Origin: Squalus acanthias
Taxonomy: Eukaryota
Reading direction: 5' to 3'
DNA: 64,000 nucleotides
Assembly: GCA_030390025.1 (NCBI GenBank)
Contig: CM059432.1
Location: forward strand, 38,318,001 to 38,382,000
In this document: positions 49,624 to 62,441 of the stretch, one piece after another
Numbering within the stretch: the first letter of the stretch is position 1
How the letters are laid out: every line of letters starts with the position of its first letter
Translations under genes and position numbers: made by a program
Notes under the pieces: generated by a model
What the model was told of the DNA's origin: nothing
What the model saw: the letters and a program-made list of their open reading frames with translations, nothing else
Database searches by the model: none

Positions 49624-50581
49624 TCAATGTTTTCAAGGGGAGACTGGATAGGCACTTGAGGGAAATAAACTTGCAGGGCTTTGGGGATAGAACGGGGGAA
49701 TGGGACTGACTGGATTGCTCTACAGAGAGCCGGTACAGACTCGATGGGCCAAATGGCTTCCTTCTGTGACATTATGACTCTATGACGCTATGACTTTGTT
49801 GAGACCACACTTGGAGTACTGTGTACAATTCTGGTTGCCATATTATAGAAAGGATATAGAGGCACTGGGGAGGGTGAAAAAATTATTTACAAGGAGGATA
49901 CCAGAAATGCAAGGTTATACCTATCAGGAAAGGATGAATAGGCTGGGTCTCTTTTCTCTTGAAAGGAGAAGGTTGAGGGGTGACCTGATAGAGGTCTTTA
50001 AAATTATGAAAGGTTTTGATAGGGTAGACACAGAGAGTGTTTCCACTTGTGGGGAAGAGAAAAACTAGAGGCCATCAATATAAGATAGTCACCAAGAAAT
50101 CAAATAGGGAATTCAGAAGAAACTTCTTTACCCAGAGAGTGGCGAGAATGTGGCACTCGCTACCACAGGGAGTGGTTGACGCGAATATTATTGATTCATT
50201 TAAGGGGAGGCTAGACATGCATATGAGGGAGGAGAAGGGAATAGAAGGTTATGCTGATAGAGTTAGATGAGGAAAGACGGGAGGAGGCTCGAGTGGAGCA
50301 TAAATGCTGGTGTGGACTGGTTGGGCCGAATGGCCTGAATCTGTGCTGTATATCCTATGTAACCTATGTAAATAAGTGAATGGCCAGACCCCAGGAAGTG
50401 GGCCAGGATCAGTTGCTCATCCATGGATGGAAAGGTTCTGCTCCATCCCAGATCAACCCTGCAAAAGCCACCCGGTGGATTGTCGGGCAAAAATATTTAT
50501 CCTTAAATAAATGAAAAAAATAACCAACAATTAATGGCCATGATTGAATAGATTCCAATGTGAACTAACTGAATTTGAGCA

Positions 50582-51377
50582 GAAACAACAACAGAAAACA
50601 CTGGAAAAACTCAGCAGGCCAGGCAACATCCGTGGAGAGAGAAACAGAGTTAACGTTTCAGGTCGAAACCCTTCGTCAGAACTGAGAAAAAAAGCAGGAA
50701 ATGAAACAGATAAAAAAGCAAGGGGGAGGCTGGGGGGAGGAATAAAAGAACAAAAGGGGTGGTCTATGGTAAGTAGAGACATTAAGAGATGCTCAAGGCA
50801 AGACGAGATGGGGAGACCAAACGCAGATTGGGTGACCGCTTTGCGGAACACCTCCGTTCAGTCCATACGGGTGACCCAGAGCTTCCGGTCGCTTGTCATT
50901 TTAATTCACCTCTCCACGCCCACTCAGACCTCACTGTCCTCGGCCTCGTGCATTGTTCCACGGAAGCTCAGCGTAAGCTCGAGGAACAGCACCTCATCTT
51001 CCGATTAGGCACTTGACAACCTTCCGGACTCAATATCGAGTTCAACAATTTCAGATCATAACCTCGGCCCCTCCCACATATATATACACATTTTATCCAC
51101 CCTTTTGGTTTGTGCCTTTTCCCTTTTTTTTCTCTCTCTCCCCCCACGGCAGCTGTCTCTCATTCTGCCAGCATTTCACACTTCACACTTCTGAGCCACC
51201 TTTTGTTTCTTAACCTGTCCTATTACCATCTCGTCTTGCCTTGAGCATCTCTTAATGTCTCTACTTACCATTAACTCTGTTTCTCTCTCCATGGATGTTG
51301 CCTGGCCTGCTGAGTTTTTCCAGCGTTTTCTGTTGTTGTTTCAATTTTCCAGCATCCGCAGTATTTTGCTATCGTAT
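50582..51377 (+). mobile_element. Penelope-like element with inverted 5' pseudo-LTR
   Basis: 50582-~50810 is an inverted 3' end, followed by a GETKRRLGDRFAEH remnant; TSD TGAATTTGAGCAGA at 50570-50583 and 51378-51391. Confidence 0.88.
50648..50683 (-). ncRNA. Minimal hammerhead ribozyme with UUCG-capped helix II
   Basis: Minus strand AGTT-CTGACGA-A-GGGT-TTCG-ACCT-GAAA-CGTT-AACT. Confidence 0.72.
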
Positions 51378-52401
51378 TGAATTTGAGCAGATATGTGAGA
51401 CATCAGTTCTCGAGAGCTATAACCTTGTCAGTTTCTCTGTCGTAGAAGAACCTTATGTGCATGCACTGATGAGACATTAATGTCAAAATGTATATGATTT
51501 GCTTATACCTATGAGCTGTAACAAAATTGCAAATGGAGTGCTTTAGTCACAGCCATGAATGTGAATTTTTCTCTCTCTCTCCTATGGATGTTTGCAAAAC
51601 AATAGCAGCTGTCATGTTATAAATTCCCTGCTCTCAAAACCTCACTTTTTGACTTAACAACGAACGCTCTGCCTTATCTTGTGTGTTGATGCGCAAAATG
51701 ATTCAACAAATATATTGTACAGGAACTGCTCTGTAAACAGGGACAGATCTGATTTCATGTCATCTGATCAGTTCAGTTTCATGTTGCTCTGGTTCAACAT
51801 TTCAGGAGTAATTTTAACACTACCTGCCTGCCGGAAGCTGGGCAGCTGGGCAGTTAAAATCGGCTGGGTGACTTACCCGTCGAAGTCTCGCCTGAATCAC
51901 ACCGTCCTCAATTTTACCCTGCTCTTCTGAGCTGGCAGCCAAGGGGTCCTTTTTGAAATATTACACCATCGGGCCCCGACTGCAATTTTAACTCTTGCCT
52001 GAGTGGGGAAGCCACCTGGCTTTCCCGCCAGGTGAAGACAGCAGGAAGAAGATCCGGAACAAGAGACCCATTGAAGATAGGTTTCTTACGTCTGCCCAGA
52101 TTTATGATATGCACTAGCGATGGGCAAGGTTCCCCTTCAGCAGCATGAAGTTTGATAATTACTCCTTAAATTCCGATGTATTTTAAATGGGTTAAGCACC
52201 AGAATGGAGAAAATGGCACACAAGTCAAGCATCAGGGCTCTGTAAAAGGGTGATTTGTAGTTGTCCATTGCTGATTTTGTGGAATAATGAAATGAAGAAT
52301 GACTCTTCTTGGTGTTGCTGGTCTTCTGTTTAATGTACTATCGATTTAACTTTCATATTGATGGTAAGGCGAGACCAAAAAAGGTTTGCACTTTGAGGGC
52401 A

Positions 52402-52725
52402 TTAATGGTGAGATGGGAGCAGAGTGTGTTGGTGCATTGGGAAGGGGAGGGATTGTTCAGCTTCCAAGCGTTGGCTTGTTTGGTGGGCAAAGTTATACAG
52501 CATGAAGTAGACGACTACAAATTTGGAGACAAATTTATACTGCAAAACTCTTCCCGAACAGTCGAGGCAGCAGAACTTCTGCTTGAGAAGGCCCATGGTC
52601 TATTCCATCAGAGCTCTGGCGGAATCATGGCTCCGATTGTAGCATTCCTCTGTTTCTATGCTCAGATTCCTGACAAGAATCATGAACCACATGCTCAGGG
52701 CAAACACCAGCCAGCCTGACACATA
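52402..52725 (-). pseudogene. Old Harbinger transposase C-terminal remnant abutting the younger Harbinger
   Basis: MGLLKQKFCCLDCSGRVLQY..SKFVVVYFMLYNFA. Confidence 0.65.
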
Positions 52726-53268
52726 GGCCGGAATTTTCCCGCTGCCGTGTGTGTGGGATTGGAGGCGGGTTGGCAGTATAAGTCGGAGAAAAAGGGAGCA
52801 AGTCGGGAACCCACCGTCATCCCGCCTCCTCGCACCTTTAACTTGGGTGCGTTTGCCAGCGTGGCACGGACCTGAATGGCAGAGGTGGGCGACCTAATTT
52901 AGCTCATTAAAACCTTGTTGTCAGACCCTTAACAGTGTTTCTAACCAGAGCTTTTGAATTTCACTGCATGACCATGGGAAGCACGCAGCTCGGGAACCAC
53001 GTCTGTCAAGTTGAGGTGGAAGCTCAGTGGCCACTGTGTGAGGTCTTTAATGTAGAGCACGGAAATTCCAATAAATACTCCCACATGACACTTCATTACC
53101 TGCTTAAGGGAAAGGTTCTTGCTGAGTGCACTTTGAGCATAGATTTAGGTGTCTAGAGTTTGCAAGTCTTTTCTGCAACTTTGGAAGCCACTCTCACCTC
53201 ATTGCTACTACCTATCACACCATTGACAGATTGCTTCTCTGATCTCTACTTGACCTGCCATCTAGTAC

Positions 53269-54442
53269 ATGAGCATGGGTACCATTTCTACTGTCTCACC
53301 TTGGTCTTCAGAATCGGACCGAGCTGAGCCCCAGCACCAGCAGCAGCAGCAACACCAACAACATTCTCTTCAACGAGCTGATGCTCCACAGGACAGAGGG
53401 TATCAGCACAGGGCTGCACCATGCTGGAGGCGATACCACAACACAAGGTATACAGGCAAAGGATGAGCTTCCTCAACATGACTGAGCAGCAGTGCCAAAG
53501 GAGGCTCAGGCTATTACGCCAGGTCATCGCAGACATTTGCAGCTTGCTGGACCAAGACCTGCAGCTGAGAGGACCTGGTGGACACTCCTTACAAAGTCAC
53601 CAACGCCCTCAACTTCTTCACCTAGGGCTCCTTCCAGAATCTACAGCAGACATTTGCGGCATCTCTTAGTCAGCCACCCCAAGATGCATCACACAGGTCA
53701 CCAATGCCCTGTTTGACAAGTCAGCCAATTAAATCAACTTTTCCACTGATGATGCCAGTATTATTGAGTGGGCGCCCAGCTTCGCAACTCTGGTTGGCTT
53801 CCCACGGGTGCAGGGCACCATCAACTGCATACATGTGGCCATCAGGGTACCCCATCATCATCCAGAAGTCTTTCTGAACCGCAAAGGCTTCCATTTCCTC
53901 AATGTGCAGCTCATCTGCAACCACAGGAAGATCATCATGCATGTGTGTGCCAAATTTCCTGGCAGCTGTCATGACTCTTTCATCCCTCAGCTCTACACAC
54001 CACGAAACAGACTTACCAGCTGGCTGCTTGGAGACAAGGGCTATCCACTGAAGACGTAGCTCATAACACCCTTGAGGAGGCCAATTACTGAAGCCCAGGA
54101 GCGCTATAATGAGTACCCCACATGTCCACCAGATGTTTCATAGAGCAAACAATAGGCATGCTGAAAATGCGCTTCAGATGCCTTGACAGATCTGGAGGAG
54201 TCCTTCAGTACACACTAGCCAGGGTCTTCAGAATCATCGCCGTATGCTGCGTGCTGCACAATATAGCGTAGCAGCGAGGATTAGCGCTGTATGAGGAGCA
54301 AGGCGCAGATCGCACAGCCTCTTCGGAGGAGGAGGAGGAGGAGGAGAAGCAGGAGGAACCTGAGGTCCAGATGCCACCAGCACCCGAGCACATTGCTGCC
54401 TGGGAGGCCAGGGGTGGCCTCATCATGGCCAGATTTACTTAA
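53269..54442 (+). pseudogene. Harbinger DDE transposase (HARBI1-like), frameshifted
   Basis: [67 protein letters not shown]. Start approximate. Confidence 0.88.
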
Positions 54443-54919
54443 ATTCCTGCATTACGCCCATGTGGCTGCCACTTGCTGCACCAGGTCCCCACCCGCTCCC
54501 CCACCAACAACACCATAAAGCATCCCTACAATGACCAACCAATTCCTTTCACACTGACCCCCATTGCTGGAGGTAACGCCATATCTCACCATTCACTACA
54601 ACTCACTAAGCCACTTCCAAAGTACCATACAAAAATTGGCATGACCAGAAAGTGGTGAAAATAAATAGTTTCATATTTGTCATAACATTAAGAGAACCTT
54701 AACGATAACACTTCTTTAAACACCCATGTGCTTACCCTTGTGCATCTGCTTCTGTGTCATTTTCCGATTACGTATGCTTCTACGAGGTGCAACCTCTGTG
54801 GCTTCAGCAGAGGTAGAGGCAGCCTGCACACTTCCCTGCTGCGACAACGTAGACACTTTTGGCGAATGTCCCCTGGGTTTGGAGCCTGTGATGACCCTGC
54901 CAAAGTCTGTTGCCCCTGC

Positions 54920-57465
54920 GCCTATGCAGGGGCAGACTCAGCCATTGTAATCTGAGGAGGCATCTGGGTCTCTGACTGAGTGGAGGTGGGGAGGCGGGGG
55001 GGGGGTGGCGGGTGGCAATGGGAGAGAAGTGTGAGCGCTTTGAGAAGAGTCCCGCTTCCATGTCCTCTCTCACCATCATCCCTCTCATGGGCCACCTGCA
55101 CTTCCCTGCTACCAAGGAGCTGGAGACCACCGTGCTGCACAGCAGTGGGGCCATGAGCACCCAATTCTATGTTTACATCCCTCCTAGAAAGGAGGTCTAT
55201 GAGCCTCAACCATCTGTTGTCCATAGATAGCATGTGCTCTTGTGAGTGACGCATTAGCTGCTCCATGCAGGTGGCCATCCTTTACATGGAAAGGTATACC
55301 GTGCCTATCGCCTCCGATGTGGTGGTGCTCATGTTGGAGATGGACTCCTCCATTCTCTGCACATTTGCAGACATCGCGGCCGCAAAACCTGTCATAGCCT
55401 CCTGCACTTCTTCCTGCACCTCCAGGATGGCCCTCTTTCTGGATGGACCCCGAGTCTCAGGGCTGGATTTTCACTGACCCATGGAGGTGGGTTTGGAGGT
55501 GTGTGGGGGGTTAAAGTTGCGAAAACTGGCGGGCAGGCACAAGCCGCCTCCATCCCGCCTCCACGCAATTTTCATTAAATCGTGTCTGCTGGTCCCGACT
55601 CCGTCCTGCCTCTAAGAGGCGGGATAGGCTGTTAAGGCCCTTAACAAGCACTAAATTGCCTCTATAATGCCATTTTGAAAGGCCTTTCTGATTTTAACCC
55701 TTTTTCTACGAATGTGAAACCTGGCAGGAGCACATTTGGTTGGTTGGCTGGCTGGCATATCTGGATGGATGGATGGATGAGGAGGAGACATATCTGGGAG
55801 TGGTGGTGCAAAAATATCTGGGAGCAGACTTAGGGCTGCTGCTGCTCATTTTGCATCCAGATCCTCTCACAACAAAGGCCAGGCAGTCTTTGCAGACCTT
55901 CAATGCAGCAGCAATGATGACATCATCAGAGGCGACTTTCAGACTGAAACACTAATTGGTTCATGGGTTCCCACATGCTGTAACTCAATTGCCCAATTAG
56001 GTGAAAATCGCATCAATCTCCCACATCCAATTGCAGTCGGGTGGATAACACGAAAAGTGGATGACACGGCCTCAACCCGCCCCAGTATCAAAATCCAGCC
56101 CTGATGTCTGCATGTAGCTGAGCAGAGCTGGGAGCATCCTGTGCCCTCCGGCAAGGAGTCTCTACTGGTGTCCCAGTCTCCACCATCTGCTCTTGCTCAC
56201 TTGTGACTTGTGAGACACCAGGTGACAACACTACTCTATCTCGCATAGGTGTGCGTATCTGCGCTGGTGCAGGGTGCGCTTAGGTCTTTTGACGGTGCAC
56301 CCTCAGAGGCTGGAGGCTCCTCTGAGGAGTCGTCTTCCTCCTCCGGTTGGACAGTGGGGGGTGGGGGGGAAGGGGCGGTGGGGAGGCTCTTGTTGGACCT
56401 GTGGGAGAGTAAAGAGGTTATTTAGAAATGTTATATTAAGAATGGGAAATGATACCATTATGCACATGATGAACATTCACTGGCTGCTGACATCAGTCCC
56501 CATATGAGTGACTGCTGTATGCCATGTGGCAGTATGAGATCTATTTCTGTCACCAGCTTGCTGAGTGATCCCCCTCTCTCCGTCTCCCACTGCCAGCAGC
56601 TCCGCAACTCTTGACACCTCCAGGGCGACCTCCTCTGCTGCTGTCAAAGTGGTGAAGGATGGAGGGCCACCTCCGGTTCTCTCCTTCTCCCTGTTGTTGT
56701 GCGCTCGTTTCTCCTGCAAGAAGGGAAAGAGGAGAAGTTTGCGTGAGAGTGATGGCATAAGTGTAAGGAGTGTATGGGTTACATCTGTAGAGGGTGACTA
56801 TGAGGGACTGTGGTGCCAATGCCAAAGTGCCAATGCCAAATGGCTTCCTTTTGTGTTGTTAGTTGGTATGATTGCATTAGGATGAGGGTGAGTGTGAGGG
56901 GAGGCTAGTGAGATGGGGATGTGATAATGTAGATAGATAGAGAGGGATGGGCGGATGTGCAAGGTGTGTTGGTGTGAGTAAGGATGTGCTGGAGTAGGGT
57001 TGGGAAGGCAGAGTGATGGGGATGTGATGAGAGGCACAGCAGGATGAAGTTGAGTGTGGCTTTGTACTCACCTTTCCTGATCTCAGGAGATCATTGAAAC
57101 ATTTCCGACACACTCAATGTTTTCAAGGGGAGACTGGATAGGCACTTGAGGGAAATAAACTTGCAGGGCTACGGGGATAGAGCGGGGGAATGGGACTGAC
57201 TCGATTGCTCTGCAGAGAGCTGGCACGGACTCGATGGGCTGAATGGCCTCCTTGTGTGCCGTTATGCACCCAGATCCTCCTGACCACATCCCTGCTGTTC
57301 ACCTCCTCTGCAATTTGGAGCCAAGCTCTTTTTGTCTCCTGGGGAGGTCTCTTTCTCCCATCAGCAGGGAAGAGGACCTCCCTGCGTGCTCTGACTCCCT
57401 CCACAAGAATATATAGGGAGTCATCTGAAAACCTGGGTGCAGCCCTCTGTCTTTCTGAAGCCACC
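54920..57465 (-). pseudogene. Harbinger Myb/SANT-like DNA-binding gene, at least 3 exons, interrupted by a CR1 tail (~57113-57263) and a MITE (55460-56101)
   Basis: RAAPRFSDDSL..AWLQIAEEVN..CRKCFNDL. Donor GTGAGT after 57072; exon 56713-56554 (EKRAHNNREKERTGGGPP); acceptor before 56398. Confidence 0.8.
55460..56101. mobile_element. Harbinger-derived non-autonomous element nested in the Myb gene
   Basis: TIRs GGGCTGGATTTT / AAAATCCAGCCC; flanks TCA/TGA. Confidence 0.75.
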
Positions 57466-57761
57466 TTTGCAAGTCTGAGCAATAACCAGATCGTGATATA
57501 TCCTCCCTGCACACTCCTAGATGAACCTTTAAACGCAATGTGGCCAAGGCTGCTTTAACTATCCCCACTGGAAATGAGTCTTCGATGATGTCATCAGGCA
57601 CGCACCATTTAATAGGGCCGGGAAATGTGCAGGCCTGTCTTAATAGGCGCCATTAACTGAAAGTCACTCTGAAGAGCAGGATCATAAGAAGAACACGGTT
57701 TCGACCCGCCAATATGGCCCGCACGCACCCGACCCACCCAGGTAAGGAAAATTCCAGCCTT

Positions 57762-58140
57762 AGAATCATAGAATGATAAAGCACAAAGGAGGCCAATTGG
57801 CCCATCGTGTCTGTGCTGGCTCTTTGAAAGAGCTATCCAATTAATCCCATTCCCCTGCCCAGCAATTTTTCCTCTTCAAGTATTTATCCAATTTCCTTTC
57901 AAAATTATTATTGAATCGGCTTCTACCACCCTTTCAGGCAGTGCATTCCATATCATAACAACTCGCTGCCTAAAACAATCTCCTCATCTCACCTTTGGTT
58001 CTTTTGCTAATGACCATAAATCTGTGTCCTCTGGTTGTCGACCCTTCTGTCATTGGAAACAGTTTATCCTTATTTACTCTATCAAACCCCTTCATGATTT
58101 TGAACACCTCTATTAAATCTCCCCTTAACCTTCTCTGCTC
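57762..58140 (-). mobile_element. CR1 3' fragment
   Basis: EQRRLRGDLIEVFKI..TRGH. Confidence 0.85.
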
Positions 58141-59623
58141 TTGTAATATATGTGGGTAGAACAAATGAAGGACAAAGACAGGATGAGCTGCTAGTCAAGG
58201 TGCTTGTCTACTAGGCCAGAGTGAACTGAGCATGCTCATACTAAAGCATGTGATAAGCCATGTCATAGAGTCATAACGGCACAGAAGGAGGCCATTCAGC
58301 CCATCGAGTCCGTGCCGGCTCTCTGTAGAGCAATCCAGTCAGTCCCATTCCCCCGCTCTATCCCCGTAGCCCTGCAAGTTTATTTCCCTCAAATGCCTAT
58401 CCAGTCTCCCCTTGAAAACATTGAGTGTCTCCGCTTCCACCACTTCCGTCGGCAGCAAATTCCAGGTCATCACCACTCGCTGCGTAAAAAAGATTTTCCT
58501 CACATCCCTGTATCTCTTGCCCAAAACCTTAAATCTGTGTCCCCTAGTCCTTGTACCATCAACTAGTGGGAACAGCCTTTCCCCGCCTAGCCTACCCAAA
58601 CCTGTCATAATCTTGTACACCTCTATCAAATCACCCCGCAACCTCCTTTGCTCTAATGAAAACAAATCCAGCTTCTCCAACCTGTCCTTGTAGCTAAGAT
58701 CCCCCATCCCCAGAACCATTCTGGTAAATCTCCTCTGCACCCTCTCAAGGGCCTTCACATCCTTCCTAAAGTGTGGTGACCAGAACTGGATGCAATACTC
58801 CAGTTGTGGCCTAATCAGTGCTTTATAAAGGTTCACCATAACTTCTCTACTTTTGTACTCAATACCTCTATTTATGAAGCCCAAGATCCCATATGCTTTG
58901 TTAACTACTCTCTCAATATGTCCTGCCACCTTCAGGGACCTATGCACATTAACTCCCAGGTCCCTCTGTCCCTGCACACTCTTTAAAACTGTGCCATTAA
59001 GTGTATATTGCCTCTCCCTGTTCCTTCTGCCAAAATGCATCACCTCACACTTCTCTGTATTAAATTTCATCTGCCACTTGTCTGCCCATTCTGCTAACCT
59101 TTCTATGTCCTGTTGCAGTCAATTGGTATCATCCTCACTGTTTGCCACACCCCCAAGTTTGGTGTCATCGGCAAATTTAGAAATTCTACTCTGTATTCCA
59201 ATATCCAGGTCATTTATAGATATAAAAAAAAGCAGTGGCCCCAGCACTGACCCTTGGGGAACACCACCGTCTTCCATTCTCCAGTATGAAAAACAGCCAT
59301 TTACCACAACATGCTGTTTTCTGTCCTTAAGCCAATTCCTTATCCTAGCTGCCACTGACCCACCTATTCCATGACCCTCAATTTTGTTAACCAGCCTTCT
59401 ATGTGGTACTTTGTCAAACACCTTCCGAAAATCCATGTAGACAACATCCATTGCATTCCCTTCATCAATCCTCTCTGTTACTTCACAAAAAATTAAATTA
59501 GATTAGACAAACACAATCTGCCTTTTACAAATCCGTGTTGGCTCTCCTTAATTAGCTTAAACCTCTCCAAGTGCCCATTAATTTTTTCCTTGATTATTGT
59601 TTCTAAAACTTTACCCACCACTA

Positions 59624-60447
59624 ACCCGTGCACGCGCAGGAGATGCAACACATGCCCTTATACCTCCCCTCTTCCCACTGTCCAGGGCCCCAAACACCCC
59701 TTCCAGGTGAAACAGCGATTTACTTGTACTTCCTGCAATTTAGTATACTGTATTCGCTGCTCACGATGTGGACTCCTCTACATTGGGGAGACCAAACGCA
59801 GATTGGGTGACCGCTTTGCGGAACACCTCCGTTCAGTCCGTAAGGGGGACCCCGAGCTCCCGGTGGCCTGTCACTTTAATTCACCGCTTCACTCCCACTC
59901 TGACCTCACCGTCCTCGGCCTATTACACTGTTCCACGGAAGCTCAGCGTAAGCTCGAGGAACAGCACCTCATCTTTCGTTTAGGCACGCTACAGCCCTCT
60001 GGACTCAATATCGAGTTCAACAATTTTAGATCATAACCTCAGCTCCAATCACATTTATATTTTATTTTATCCACCCTTTTATTTGTCCCCCCCACCTTTT
60101 TTTTCCTCCTAGAAGCTAGCAGCTGTCCTTCATTCTGCCAGTGGATTTCACACTTCATTCAGCCTTAATCTGTCACATTAACACCACCTCTAGCCTTGCA
60201 TATCTCTTAATGTCTCTTAATGTCTCTTCATCTCCTCCTTTGTTCCTTTATCCCCTCCCCCTTTTCCCAGCTTTACCCTGGCCTTAAATCTATTTGATTT
60301 CCAGCTCTTCCCAGTTCTGATGAAAGGTCATCGACCTGAAACGTCAACTCTCTTTCTCTCTCTACGGATGCTGCCTGGCCTGCTGAGTTTTTCCAGCGTT
60401 TTCTGTTGTTATTTCGGATTTCCAGCATCTGCAGTATTTTGCTATCC
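59624..60447 (+). mobile_element. Penelope-like element 3' part (open GIY-YIG domain plus hammerhead), inserted in CR1 ORF2
   Basis: ORF to 60036 with VYCIRCSRCGLLYIGETKRR; 3' region nearly identical to 1107-1570. Confidence 0.9.
60313..60349 (+). ncRNA. Minimal hammerhead ribozyme (canonical core)
   Basis: AGTT-CTGATGA-A-AGGTC-ATC-GACCT-GAAA-CGTC-AACT: helix I AGTT/AACT, helix II AGGTC/GACCT, palindromic ACGT helix III, GUC site. Confidence 0.8.
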
Positions 60448-61548
60448 TAATATTAAACTGTCCGGCCTGTAGTTACTAGGATTGTCCTTACACCCTTTCT
60501 TGAACAATGGTGTCACATTTGCCACTTTCCAAGCCCCAGGCACTTCCCCCGCATCTAGGGATGATTGGAAAATCATGGCAAGCCCTTCCGCTATCTCCTC
60601 CCCCAATTCCCTTAGTAACCTGGGATGCAAGCCACCTGAACCAGGCGACTCTAAGCATACCCAGCCTTTCTAGTACATCCTGTCTATCAATTTTCACCCC
60701 TTCCATTGCTTCTACCTTTTCCACTTCTACCGATATTTTGTCAGCATCCACCTCCTTGGTAAACACCGACACAAAGTACTCATGGAGTATTCTAGCCTTG
60801 CCCTGCGCCTCTAAGCATATATCACCTTCTTTGTCTCTAATAGGCCCCACCCCGCCTCTTACTACTCGCTTACTGTTTACATGCTGGTAGAAGATTTTTG
60901 GGTTCCCTGTTAACCGCCATTCTACTCTCATATTCTCTCTCTGCCAATCGTATTTTCATCTTCACATCCCCTCTCAACTTACTGTATTTGGTCTAGTTCT
61001 CCCTGGAAGAATTCACCTGACATGCATCAAACACCCTCTTTTTGTTTCATCATCTTCTCTATCTCCCTCGTCATCCAAGGAGCCCTTGCTTTGGTTCCCT
61101 TACCTCTTGTTGGAATGTACCTAGCCTGTACTTGCAACATCTCCTCCTTAATGACCACCCATTGTTCTGTTACAGATTTTCCTTGTCAGTCTTTGGTTCC
61201 ATTTGACCCTGACTAGATCCTTTCACATCCCATTGAAGTTAGCCCTATTCCAGTTTAGAAGTTCCACGCTAGATTGTTCCTTGCTCCTCTCCATTGCTAA
61301 TCTAAATCTTATGATATGATGATCACTCGTACCCAAGTGTTCTCCCACAGACACTTGGTCAACCTGGCCCACCTCATTCCCCAGCACCAGATCCAGCAAT
61401 GCCTCCTTCCTAGTTGGGCCAAGAACATATTGGTCAAGGAAATTCTCCTGAACTCCTTTCAGAAATTCCTCCCCCTCCTTTCCCTTTACCCTAGCATTAT
61501 CCCAATCGATATTTGGTTAATTAAAGTCCCCCAATATCACCACTCTAT

Positions 61549-62441
61549 GGGGTAGAAATTAGGTCGCGCCCCATTTGGGGCGCAAATATCGTCCGGACGC
61601 AAATATTAGCGCCTGGCGCTAATTATCGGCACTGACAGGAAACTTCACTTTTACTGCCCCGGGAGGTGAGTGGAGCGCTAAAGCAGGTGCTGCACACCTG
61701 TCTTAAGGCGCAAAGGCCAAGGAGTGAGGCGCTAACTCAGAGCGCTGGCGAAGCTCATGTAATGTCAGTCAGCAATGGAACACACACACAATGGCACGGG
61801 CCAGTTCTTAAAGGGGATGGTTAATCTTGCTTTCCATCCACATCCTGTTCATTGCAGCCTTGAATCTCGGCCTGGAGAGACTTGCACATCAAATGTGCTG
61901 GAAAGAACAATGGAGAGTACCAGGCAAAGAGCTCAGAGTGCAGCTCCCACAGTCTCTGCTAAATCGATACAAGGAATGGCAAATCAAAATGAACCTGCAA
62001 AGTGCTGCTCAGTACCCAAAACTCCTTCACACAACGTTGAATCTCTCCAGAAGTCTCTCCCTCTCTCTCTCAGAATGAGTAGTTCAAAAATGCCACCAAC
62101 AATAAAAGACAGGAAGAGGCCCCCTTTAAATAGCGCCCCCCCCAGCCCCACAGCGATTGATAGCGTTCCAGTCTTCTGGTCGTTGGAAGCGCCAGGCGGT
62201 AAGGCAGGGGGCGCCACTCAATTTCCGCGCCGGGGCGCCACAAGAGCGTTGCACCATGGAATGACGTCACAATCTGCGCGCGCAGGTGGTCGCAGCGGTA
62301 AGTTTTAGCGCCGCCGCACAATGTCAAGTTAAGTTCTCGAGCGGTGCAAACATCGCTGCGCCCGGGCATTAGCGGCTTAACGCCCCATTAGCGCCCTCTT
62401 AAGGCGCTAACGGGAGGCGCAACCAAGTGAATTTTTACCCC
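61549..62441. mobile_element. MITE of the same family, 893 bp, inside the CR1 endonuclease region
   Basis: TIRs GGGGTAGAAATT / AATTTTTACCCC; TSD TAT at 61546-61548 and 62442-62444. Confidence 0.87.

Larger units (their letters stand above)
44690..50370 (+). mobile_element. Decayed CR1 LINE carrying nested inserts (45549-46563; ~47727-49790)
   Basis: YRPPNS at ~44800, QHGF/LDFQKAFD at 47078-47482, resuming at RPHLEY ~49800 to the tail. Confidence 0.85.
52726..57759. mobile_element. PIF/Harbinger DNA transposon, two convergent genes, decayed
   Basis: 14-bp TIRs GGCCGGAATTTTCC / GGAAAATTCCAGCC (1 mismatch); flanks ATA/TTA; transposase on plus, Myb/SANT-like gene on minus. Confidence 0.85.

Noticed and set aside
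53269..54442. Domesticated host HARBI1 gene
   Set aside because: Frameshifts, stops and flanking TIRs indicate a transposon copy.
61775..62308. ORF MEHTHNGTGQFLKG shared with 19848-20318
   Set aside because: Frames differ between the two MITE copies; the similarity is repeat homology.
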